Program-made: the position numbers and the translations under genes
In this document: one piece after another, positions 38,338 through 48,895 of the stretch
Numbering within the stretch: position 1 is the stretch's first letter
How the letters are laid out: every line of letters starts with the position of its first letter
Source: Callorhinchus milii
Taxonomy: Eukaryota
Assembly (NCBI RefSeq): GCF_018977255.1
Contig: NW_024704743.1
Location: 109,990,001 to 110,054,000 of the forward strand
Length of the DNA: 64,000 nucleotides
Reading direction: 5' to 3'
The notes under the pieces: generated by a model
Told to the model about the DNA's origin: nothing
Database searches by the model: none
The model's input: only the letters and a program-made list of their open reading frames with translations

Positions 38338-38553
38338 TTAATAATAATAATTCTTACATTTGATATAGCGCCTCATCACCTTATCAAAACATCTCAAAGC
38401 ACTTCACAGGATTTTACTGTGAAGTGTAGTGACAGTAAATTTTGCAGGCAAACCCAGCAGCGAATTTGCACACAGTAATGCCTTACATTGAAATGAGTGA
38501 ACAATTTTATCGGGGGTGGTTTGTGGGCAAGTATACCAGGAGAAACTCCCTTC
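38338..38553 (-). mobile_element. Deu-type SINE 3' half
   Basis: atttgatatagcgcc..gtgtagtgacag..ccaggagaaactccc. Confidence 0.75.
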
Positions 38554-39542
38554 TTAATTTAGAAGCCGTTTTTCTGTAGCTCTTACCTCAAAGAATGGCT
38601 TCCAAATTAAGACTGAATTGGAGAATTTTCCACAATTAGGCTACCTTAAATTTGAAGGCAGGCTAAGTCCATGTGGAATTTTGGGCCTGTGCTGTCACCG
38701 TTTTTGTGATCTGGGTGCTGTCCAGCCTTTTAGACTCTTTTTTGTGAGATCCATTTAGATGCTGGTTACAGAGGATAGGATTTGAAAATAATATTAGGAT
38801 AAGCAGAATGTTTCAGTCACCCAGGATATATGTGGCGAGCCCCAGTTCTATGCTCTCTCCAAATCATAATTGCCAAGTTCATGTAAAATCTGGGCCATCC
38901 AGCAGGGGGTGCTCTGAATCTATTTGGCCCAGCTTGGAGTGAGAAAGAGACCTGCATTTTCATAGCACCTGATAATAATAGTAAAAATTCTTCCATTTCA
39001 TATAGCCCCTTTTACGTTGGGTTTCAAAGAGCTTCCCATGATACACTATAAAGTGTAGTGACTGTGTATTTTATAGGCGCAAGTCAAGATCAGGGCAAGA
39101 CGTCTTAAAGTGCTTCAAGGGTGCGCACTGAGAAGTGTAGTTTTTTCTAGATAAGAGCGGCAGTCCCTTGGTCTTAGGAAAGGTCCCCCAAATAGCCATC
39201 CATGAGCAGTGAAACTCCCTTCTCTTTCTCTAATAGTGTCATGGAATCTTTAACTCCTACCTGACCAGGCAGGCAGTCCTCAGGTTCAGATGGTTAAACA
39301 TCCAGCCCCCAGGCTTCATATCTCACAAATTCGAATCAAAATGTCCTGCTCATCTGCTTCTCATTTCAGAGTTGTCTCCCTATCACCCCCCACACACCCC
39401 ACCCTCCCCCCCAACAATTATGCACTTCTGAACTTTCTGCAGTTCCACAGCATGGAACAAATCAGATGACTGGATAGCGGCGCTCCCTGTATGATTTGCC
39501 TGTGCCATGTAGGAATAAATTCTTGCCATAGTAACATGAAAA

Positions 39543-40130
39543 TAACGATCCTCACATTTGATGTAATGCCTACGTTGAGATATCTCGAGGTGCTTCACAG
39601 GGAGTTGCTAAAAGTATAAACATTGCATCTTTGAGCACAAACGCAGCAGCTGATTTTCACATTGCACAATCCTGCAGACAGCCAGGAGGTGAATGATCAG
39701 TTCTCCCTGGAGGATTGTCAGCCAGTGCACTGGGAGTAACTCCCTTCTCTTTTCAAACAGTATTGCGGGGTCTTTAATAATAATAATAATCCTTGCATTT
39801 GATATAGCGCTTTTCACGTCGGGAAGACGTCCCAAAGCACTTCACAGAACACACTGTAAAGTGAATTGACTGTATATTTGTGGGCGAACGCGGCAGCCAA
39901 TTGCGCAGCTATGTCCCACGAACCATCGTAGATTGAAAATGACCAATTTATTATTGTTTTGTTTTGGAGGAATTATTATTAGGCGTGTGGAGTAAGGAAA
40001 CTTAACAAGGCGGAAGGAACGCTGGTTAAAACTTGGTCTCATCTGAAGGACGACATCTCCTGCAATGCAATGTTGGAACTTCAGGCTAGAGTGTGAGCTT
40101 AAATCCCAAAATGGAGCTTGAATACACAAT
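39543..40130 (-). mobile_element. Deu-type SINE containing a nested short-variant SINE
   Basis: Body 39543-39776 and 40003-40130 (tctcatctgaaggacgacatctcc). Confidence 0.75.
39777..40002 (-). mobile_element. tRNA-Ala SINE short variant, 5'-truncated
   Basis: ttattattaggcgtgtggagtaaggaaact junction diagnostic of the short variant. Confidence 0.9.
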
Positions 40131-40249
40131 ATTCAAACCAAGATGTTTCCAGGTTCAATCACTCCCTGTAGCAAGACAGCTGATGCTTGCCAAGGTTTAT
40201 TTTAAATACTATTGACTGCAGCAACCTCAGGCTACAGAGAGGAATGATG

Positions 40250-40580
40250 AAGTAAATTGTATTCAAAGTAATGAAAGGAGTTAATAGGTCAGATAGTGGA
40301 CAGCTCTTCCCTTTAGTAAAGGGATCCATTACAATGGGTTAGAGCCTTAAAATCAGAGCCAAGATGGTGTGAAATTACGTCATGAAGTGTTTCTTCACAC
40401 AGAGGTTGTGAAGATGTGGAATGCTCTACACCAGAAGAGATAGACAGAGTCTTGGGTGGTAGAGGCAATGGTGAACGGCAGAGCATTGGAATTAAAAGTT
40501 CTGCCATGATCTAATAAATTGGTGGAACAGGTTCGATGGGCTGAATGACCGCCTCCTATTCCTTTGGTCCTATGTTATGG
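40250..40580 (+). mobile_element. CR1 3' fragment
   Basis: ttcaaagtaatgaaagga (FKVMKG)..ttcttcacacagagg..tggaatgctcta..atgggctgaatg. Confidence 0.85.
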
Positions 40581-41544
40581 ATAGTCAATTGGGCTACTCT
40601 ACATATGCATATAAATTTATGTGCACGCACGTATGGTTGTTTGTGCTTTGATGTGTCATTGACCCTCTTTCCCGATACAGCTATCAATCATCCTGCGTCC
40701 AACTTGTTCTGGAAGGTTCTGAGTGCTGAAGTTCCGACCTGGCATTCTGGGCAGCACTAGCACAGGAGGGACACCCTTCATGCTAGTGCCCAGCTCCAGC
40801 AATGGTCTGAAAAGAATCCCACCCCCCCCAACCCCCAGAGTATCTGATGGAGCAAGATGCAACCTGGTCACATGCATTGCTAGTGAGTGTGCAGCGGTTG
40901 AATGAGTTCAGAGTTCACGGGGCAGAGGTCGGCACAGCACATGTTACCTTGCAGTGCTCGGGCTCCCCTTTCAGCCTCTCTCTCGCCTGTGGTGCATTTG
41001 CTGTTTTGTGGAGGTGAGTCTGTTCTGCTTCCAGTTGCCCCTTTGTTTATCACGTTGCATCTGTGTTGCTGATCGCATCTGGAATTGCTACCAGTCTACC
41101 TCAGCATTCCCCTTTTTACCCTGACTCCTCCCCCCCCCCCCCCCCACCGCCATCACCAGATGGGTTAGTGTTAATTTCTGATCCATGCCCACATGGCATC
41201 ACCCACTGAATGTTATGTTAAAACAAGTGAAAGCAGATCAATTGTGCAATGCTATCTGTGTAATGAGTCGGAAACCTCTAGAGCCACACTTGTAAGCTCT
41301 GATGTTCTTTCTGGATGGATTTGGCTTCTTCCGATGCATCATTTTAAATACATATAATGTGTGCAAATGTCATTAGGCTCCTGATGTACTGAAGTGTTTT
41401 TTTATTGCCTTTCCTCTTGCGGCTTGCATATCTATCCTTATCCTTCCATCTCTGTCTCTTCATGCTTCCTCTCTGCCCTCTGCGAATCTCAACCCTTTCC
41501 CTTTTACCTTTGGCAGTGTCAGTTGGTCAATTCGGCCAAGATAA

Positions 41545-41790
41545 TGTTGACGACAAACCAGCCAGTTTGGCTCATCAGCAGAATTTCGATGTGCAATCTG
41601 GGGGCAGGGATTTTTCACACTCAGATCCTGTTAACCCTGCAAGCCTACCCTAATGGTTAGGTTGGCCCTAGCTGGACAAGCAGCCGGACACTTGCCATGT
41701 AGTGTTGTCAGGGGCAATTCTCATGGTTTTAGCTAGTTAAGTTCCAATAACCCCCCCCCCACACACATACTCCAGGATCCCCAAAGCTCT
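41545..41790 (+). repeat. Family X copy 3
   Basis: ccagtttggctcatcagcag..ggcagggatt..ctagctggacaagca..tggttttagctagttaa. Confidence 0.75.
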
Positions 41791-42940
41791 CATCAACAGG
41801 CACACTTGTTGTTGTTGTCCCTGCCTGTCTGTCTCTTACTTATCTCAGTGTGGTCTATGATGCAAGTTGTGTGAACCACATATAAGTGGTACGTGTGCAG
41901 ACAATTCTGGGTATCCTCATATAATTAACAAATAAAATGGATTGGCTTTTAATAGCATGATCAAGAGCCTCCATAATTTCCTGCACATGGGTTTTGCACA
42001 TGGTGCATAATATGCACACATTTATACATGGCTTTCACAATTGGCACAATAGACCACAAAGTCTGTCTGTTCCTTAATTCCCGTTACAACTCTTGAATGC
42101 ATATTGCCCTCTCTGCTTCTCCTTCTTTGTCTTCTTTATACAGTACTTTATATTCCCTTTTTATACTCTGCCTCTGTATCTTTCGCTCTTCCTCTTGCGC
42201 TGATCTGGGACTCCCAGTTTCTGCCAACTTCCATTTGCTTTCTCCTTCTCTGGACTTTGGCTCACTTCTGCAGCATTAAAGCTGTAGCAGTTATTGTGCT
42301 TGGTTTTGTACTATTGCTTCACTGAATTACTGTATTCGCTGGTGACTCTGTGACGTGAAGTGAAAGCAAGACAAAACATCTATCACCAGAATGGGGTTTG
42401 CTTCTAATTCTATGCAAAGATTGCAAGTTATTCATTTGGAAAAAAATCTGATGAGTAGTTTAACATTGATCCTCTTGCAGAAGAAACTAACCCCATTTCT
42501 TGACAAAGACACTATCGACTTGCCTTTCTGTGGGATGCTTGACCTGCCATTCACTGCCTTCTTTTTCAGCAAAGCATTGCCATTTATTTACCGGCCTTTA
42601 GCAGCGGAAACCTTGAAGCGAGATAAAAGGCTATGAAGGTGGACTGTAAAACTATTCGTTGCTGTATATGTTCTGTTATCATTTTCAGTCAATCACAAAC
42701 TCCTCTCTGAGTTATGTCCTTGGATGCTGAGCACCAATGGGTACAGTCAGGTACTGACTTGCCAATTTGATGATTGCCCAGATAACCAATGCTCGATCAC
42801 CACAAACCAATGGGCTGCTGAGAGAGTACATGCAAAGTTCAATACTGTGCAAAGACAAAAATACTTTTTTCATTTCAATTCCATTCTATTTCATGCGGTA
42901 ATTTTCAATTATTTTTAGACATTGCTTTATTTTTGAACCA

Positions 42941-43062
42941 TTCCCCCTTCCCTCCCTCCCTTCCTCCCTCCCTTCTCTCCCACATTTTCCCTCCCTCCCT
43001 TCTTCTCTCCCACGTTTTCCATCTCCCTCCTTCCTTCCCCTCCCGTTTCCCATCCCCCTTCC
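42941..43062. repeat. Polypyrimidine (CCTT/CCCT) tract
   Basis: Direct inspection. Confidence 0.9.
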
Positions 43063-43595
43063 GACCATGACCCAACCAATTCAACCAAACCACCCACCTG
43101 CCCCAGAAACTACCCCCAAACCAACTCTGTTGTTCAGTCAGACTATTCTCCGTCTCTTCATCTTCCAGTTCCACTGTGTCCTTTCAATGACCGAGGAACA
43201 ACCTTTTCAGCAAATGGGATTTGTGTGAAGCTTGAACGGATATTGACTGGAACCTCATTGTTATTTATAGCAATATCGGATCTCCTGGAACAGAGTTCAG
43301 GGTTGGGTTATGACACTTTCCTCCCTGTGGCATTTTTTCTTTTATCCCTTTTGTGCCTTGATCTCATGCTTCAGGGCCTTCTTGTTTAGTTCATTCCCCT
43401 CCCCCCCTGCCCCGACAAAACCCCACACCACAATGAATGGCTGGTAAGAGGAGCGATGAGGGAAATAGTGGAGGAGGTGGGGGCCTAGAATCCAGGGTGC
43501 CCTCACCCCTACCAATTTCTTTCTCTCCCTTGGGTTCAGTGCATGGTGCATTCATTTGTTCTTGTGGGCTTGACTGGACTTGGTCAGTGTAGTTC

Positions 43596-43634
43596 AGGGA
43601 GAGAGAAAAAGAGAGAGAGAGAGAGAGAGAGAGA
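43596..43634. repeat. (GA)n microsatellite
   Basis: Direct inspection. Confidence 0.95.
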
Positions 43635-45569
43635 ATAAAAACGCCGTCAAATTAAACGTCCTGTGTCTCACACTGCTCTGGTTCCTGACTAGGTGACTGG
43701 GATGCCTGGTCGTTGTGGGGTGACTGCACCAGGTCGTGCGGGGGTGGATTGCAGACCCGAAGCAGGACCTGCCACTCCCAGTTAGAGGAAGGGTTTGTTT
43801 GTCAAGGAGTTTCAGAAGAAGGAAGATTATGCAATAAGCAGCCCTGTAATAGTAAGTTTTCATTTATTTTATAGGAAATTGAGCACTGTATGTAGTTCAT
43901 GCTCGACTCAGCGCTTCTCTTAGATTCTCCCTCTTCTTCTCCTTCTTCGCCTTTCTGCCTGTGTGTGTCCCCACTCTCCCCCACCACACCTCCTTCTCTC
44001 CCCACCTCTCCCCCGCCTTTCTGGGCAGAGTTGCTCTACAATGAGATAAATTTCCTTCTCCCCTTTCCTCACCCTGAACAGACGTGACACTGGGTAATCC
44101 ACCAAGTCCTGCACTCCTCCAACCCCACACCCCACGTTGCACCCCCTCGGCCTTCAGTTTCCCCCACCCAAATCTAACCAACACAACAAGCTTATATTTC
44201 CAAATTGGAAATGGCACTTTTCCCATCTTCAGTCTTTCCCCTGCCCATACCCTTCTTGCAAACCCACCCCACCACCCTTGCCTCTTTCTCCATGCCAGTC
44301 TCGTAGAACATACCCAAAGGAAAAACAGTCATTTTCCTTAAGAAAAACCCTACGCACAACTGACTCTCCATTGATAAATGGAGAAGGGGGAGGAAGAGAT
44401 AGTTATATGTGGGCTTCATGCATGCTGGGAGGTTCATTAGGGAGTCACAGAACAATCCTGGAATGGTTCGCCTGACCAGATTTGACCTTAAGGCACAGAA
44501 CCACCCTCACTACTATTTTATACTTTATGAGATTTTTTCACCTATTTCTCATATATAATCACACTCATCACTCACCCCCTCTTCCCCACCGCTTTCCTCT
44601 CTCACCCTTAATCCACCTTAAGTGCTTTGCGTTATAGACTCATTCTTGAAACCGATCCCAATCTCTATCGTCTTGCCTTTTCCTGGCTTAGAAATTAAAA
44701 GGATGTGTGTAAATTACAAGCTTGCTCTTTAGTACGTTTGGTTAATTCCCTGCTGGTTACCGCATTGTTCTGAACCATGTTGTAGATGGTTGAACTAAAA
44801 TGATTCTCAAGTGCTCAAAAAAAATGTTGTCAAGAATTATGATTAACTTGCAGTGTGACATTTGCGACTTCATGTGGTTAGCACGCGGAGCAAGTTATGA
44901 AATGTCGCAGGTATTACTTCTATATTTCCTTCCATACAGCATGAATAATGACTTTATCCTAGAGGGTTCTTACATATGCAGAAGGAAAACAAGCTCCACA
45001 ACTTCTCTTATTGTCCATGCTAACTTCTTATTGGAGTAGTTGATTGCAGTTCAGGAGCTGCCACCTACTAGCTCTGCTGGACTCCTGGACTGTAATTTCT
45101 GTAATTCTACATGGTAAAATTTGAGGTATTCCTTATTATGTTCCTTAAATTATTGCTGGTATAAATTTTCACTGTGTTCAACATTCCCAGCTGAACACAC
45201 AGTAATACCCTGAAGGGCTACTGGGGACACCATCATTCCCTCCCCGCCACTCCTTCTCTCCCCTGCCATTCCTTCCCACCCCTCTCCTCGCCACTCCTCC
45301 CCACCACCATTGCTCCTCCCCTCCTCCCTTCCCTCTCCCGCACCACGGATATTAATTTAAGGAACACATTAAGGAAAACTGCAAATTTTGCCTTATATTA
45401 AAATAGAATGGCAGATCCCATTAATGGTATTTTTCATATTGGTACCATTTACCAGGTCAAGCTTCCTTGAGCCATCACCAGCTATGGGTATAGCTAAATC
45501 TAACCTGATCCCAGGACTTTTTTGACAATGCTGCTCCACACGCATTTACTGGGTGCATAAGAATGGCAT

Positions 45570-45783
45570 AAGAGTGGAACAAGCTCCATAGGGAGACTGT
45601 TGAAGCAACAAATGTTGATTCCTTCAAACATAGTATAGATAGCTTTCTTTTGGGAAATAACATTATGGGATATAATACATAGGTAGTTTGGGACATATGT
45701 GCAAACGACCACCAAGAAGGTGGAAGGCAAACTAGATGGACCTTGATCTTTTTTTTCACCTAGTATTTCTTATGTTCTTATGA
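45570..45783 (+). mobile_element. CR1 3' end
   Basis: tggaacaagctc (WNKL)..tccttcaaacat..ctagatggaccttg..ttcttatgttcttatg. Confidence 0.85.
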
Positions 45784-46099
45784 GTGCATATGACAGACCC
45801 GGCCCAAAAACTCTCAGCCATGGTTTGAGCTCTCAATTGCTACAAAGAGATCCCTGCTGGAAGATGTTTATGGGTGGACGTTGGGTGAGGGCAAGGCTTT
45901 GCCTGGCCTGTTTTTTTTCCCTCATCTCATTGACTGTCAAATGGCCACCCAATGGCAATCTTCTTTGGAAGAGGTGAGCAGGATCTCCTCAAGGCTTAAC
46001 TGGCTTCATGGTGAGGTGCTGAGCAATGGATTGTCAGAATCGACTCAACCCTTTGTGGTGGTCTTGCAAGTATGGTTCCTGAGCTGGCGGTCTGCAATA

Positions 46100-46510
46100 C
46101 TCAAGGGCACTGCTGCTGACATATCAGACCAGACTTGGAGGGGCAGACTGGGCACTGGAGCAGGGATTGTTTCCACTTAGCTCCTTTTAACCCCGCAAGT
46201 CAAAACTATATCTGGTAGGGTGGTTCTAGCAAGACAAACAGCGGTAAGCTTGGCAGACAATGCTCTCAATGGCAAGCTATGTGGTTTTAGATGGTTAAAT
46301 TTGCAGCAGTACCCTAACTCACACTCTGGGTTCCCCAGGTCTTGGGTCTTGCAGACCTGGACCTAATACTTTCCAGAATTAGGTAAGCAGAGTGCGTCAA
46401 TGCATGGAGACAGAGTGCATTCCATTACCAAAACAAGGACATTTCCATGTGTAGATGGCATATCTATATGGAATTCTGTTTGGTTTGGATACTCTTAAGC
46501 GTGGTGATGA
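46100..46510 (+). repeat. Family X copy 4
   Basis: aagcttggcagacaatgctctcaatggcaagctatg..cacactctgggttcccc..ccagaattaggtaagcag..ggatactcttaagcgtggtgatg. Confidence 0.8.
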
Positions 46511-47162
46511 TTTCCACTTAGCTGACAAAAAAACCTTCCCCCTCCCCCTCCCCACTCCCCTGTAAACGAATTTCCGCTGACACTAACTATCAAGACTCAC
46601 ATGTGAATGATGCTATGAATATTAATCACATAGGGAAGGTGCCTATTTTTTACCTATATGCTTGGCTGGTGATGCACCCTTTGGAAAATTTGCCCCATTA
46701 GAGGTGAAAAAAGCCCCCCAAAAATAATTGGAGATGAAGATTGGGACAAATTGGAAGAGAAACTTTATTGGGAAAAAAACAAGGAAAACATTTTCTAAAA
46801 AATGTGCAAAATAAGGTCAACTGTAGAATAAAGTCTTTATTACAGTTTGGTCCTTCTTTAACATGTGATTGCTTCATTTGTGTCCATGTGTGGAATAGAT
46901 TTGCTGAAATGGTGAGTCTTGATGACATCTTCATTTGACTGTGCAGAGTGACAGAGCGGAGTGATGGGAGTGTGACAGATTGGAGATAGATATAGATTGG
47001 CACTTTAACTGTATGTCCAGGTCAATTCACCACCCCTCCCCCCACCCCCCCTCCTCTCGTTGGTGGGCAGAGAGCACAATGGGAATTGTATTCCACTGAA
47101 CCGCTGCCCATTCCTAAAACTGCCACTTAATCATTTTTTTCTCTCTAACTTTTTGTTCATCT

Positions 47163-47692
47163 ATTTGTGGTTCATTTTGAAGCATTTCTTATGTTAAATA
47201 GGAAACATTCAATATTTACCAGCAAGTGGCACACCACTCTCCAGGTGGGTGGAATTGTCCTGTCCAGCTCACCTGATGCATTTTCTTTGGAATCAAATCA
47301 TATTTTTAAATATAATTTTTGGTCACTGGGATAACATTTAACTTTTTTTTGCTTAATATTAAGTTTTCTGGGATTCGCCTATCTGAAGAGGGTGAGAAAT
47401 TCCCTTTCCTCAGGTCTGAAAGTAACTTTGAAGTAATCCTCAGGTTTAGGCTCAGCCCATGCCTTGAGATCACTTGAAACAGATCTCTGGGCCCTGTGAG
47501 GAGAGTACGATTTTCTCTGCTCCTTTGCCCTAAACAACTAAAAATTGTACTTGAAAAAACAGTTGGATTCCAAAACAAATGATTTCTGGGGGAGCTTGAA
47601 GAGGACAATTCCTCGAGGAATGCACCACCTGCTGGTAAATATCAACTCTTCCATTATTTAACGCAAGCAACACTTTAAAACTTACCAGAAAT
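47163..47692. repeat. Long imperfect inverted repeat (fold-back / MITE-like)
   Basis: Arms ~47163-47330 and ~47527-47692 are reverse complements. Confidence 0.82.
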
Positions 47693-47739
47693 GTTACTCT
47701 ATACTTTCAAAGTATTGGCTAGATTTACTCTGTGAATAG

Positions 47740-47895
47740 ATATCTTCCTAATCTTCCCCTTCGCTCCATTGCTAACTAACTTAAATTAATGCCATCTTAT
47801 CATTGATTCAATGACCAATAGAACTAATTTCTTACTATGAACTCTCATCAAAACCCCTCATCATTTTAAAGACCTCTGTCAAGGTACCCTCTCGT
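47740..47895 (-). mobile_element. CR1 ORF2 3' fragment
   Basis: aaaacccctcatcattttaaagacctctgtcaaggtaccctctc (RGYLDRGL / VFKMMRGF on - strand). Confidence 0.75.
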
Positions 47896-48367
47896 CATAT
47901 GTCAAACCACTCATCCTTAGTTTGGTTGCTCTGGTTACTTGTGAGATCTTGCGAGCAAAATCATATTGAAGCCTTAGTCAGTACCAAGAAATGTCCTGCA
48001 AGTCATGGGATTTGTGGGTAGGCTCTGATATCTGGTGGCTGTATTCATAATTCCTAAGCCCACTATCTCTCCTCTGTAGAAGGGTGGATTCCACCTTTGG
48101 AGGTAAGGCAATGTAAGTCTAGTAACCTTTTTTCTGATGTCCCTGTCAATTACTCCTTTTATCTAATTCCCTCTTGAAAGCTGATATGGATCCTACCTCA
48201 ACCACTGCAACTGGCAGAATGGGTATTCCACATCCGAGTAGCAGATTTAAAAGAGGGAGAGACAGATATTTCAGTAGTCGAGGTATTAAGGATTAATAGA
48301 CGAAGGGTGGAGTATTTGGCAAGATCTCATAAACTGGTGGAACAGGCTCAATAGATTTTCTTTTACA

Positions 48368-48895
48368 AAACAATACAATTTGCATTTATATAGCATCTTC
48401 CATATGGGAAGGCATCTCGAAGTGCTTCACAGTGGTAGATAGTGACCTGAGCTGGGGGGTGGGAGCCAATGTGGGGGAAGAGGAAAGATGACCTAAAGCA
48501 TTGTCAAAGAGATACGTTCTGAGATGTGGCTTAAATGAGAGGAGGGTGGAAGATAGTCGGAGGCACTCCGGGATGGAGTTTCAGAAAGCGACGCAGAATG
48601 TCTTAAAGCCCACCTGTCAATGGTGGAGCAGATAGAACTGGAGACATGATACAGGGCCAATATTCATTGAACGAAGGGACCAGCTAGGATTGTATGGTTG
48701 GAGGAGGTCTCAAAGATAGGGTGAAGGGAGACAGTGGAGGGATTTGAACATGGGAACAAGGAACCAATGGAGCTGAGTGAGAATGGGTGTGGTAGGCTCA
48801 TGGAGTGATGCGGGAGAGGATATGGTCTAAGGGTTCTGGATAGTCTGTAGCTTTTGTAGAGAAGAGCAGGAGAGTCCAGTGAACAGAGCAATGGC
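48368..48895 (-). mobile_element. L2 3' fragment
   Basis: Tail tgcatttatatagcatc; HAIALFTGLSCSSLQKLQTIQN. Confidence 0.82.

Noticed and set aside
45338..45352. REST/RE1 site (gcaccacggat)
   Set aside because: Partial match; lacks TTCA and ACAG flanks.
47935..47990. 5S rRNA-derived SINE head
   Set aside because: Only patchy similarity (gatct..agc.aa..gcct..agtac); too weak to call without a search.
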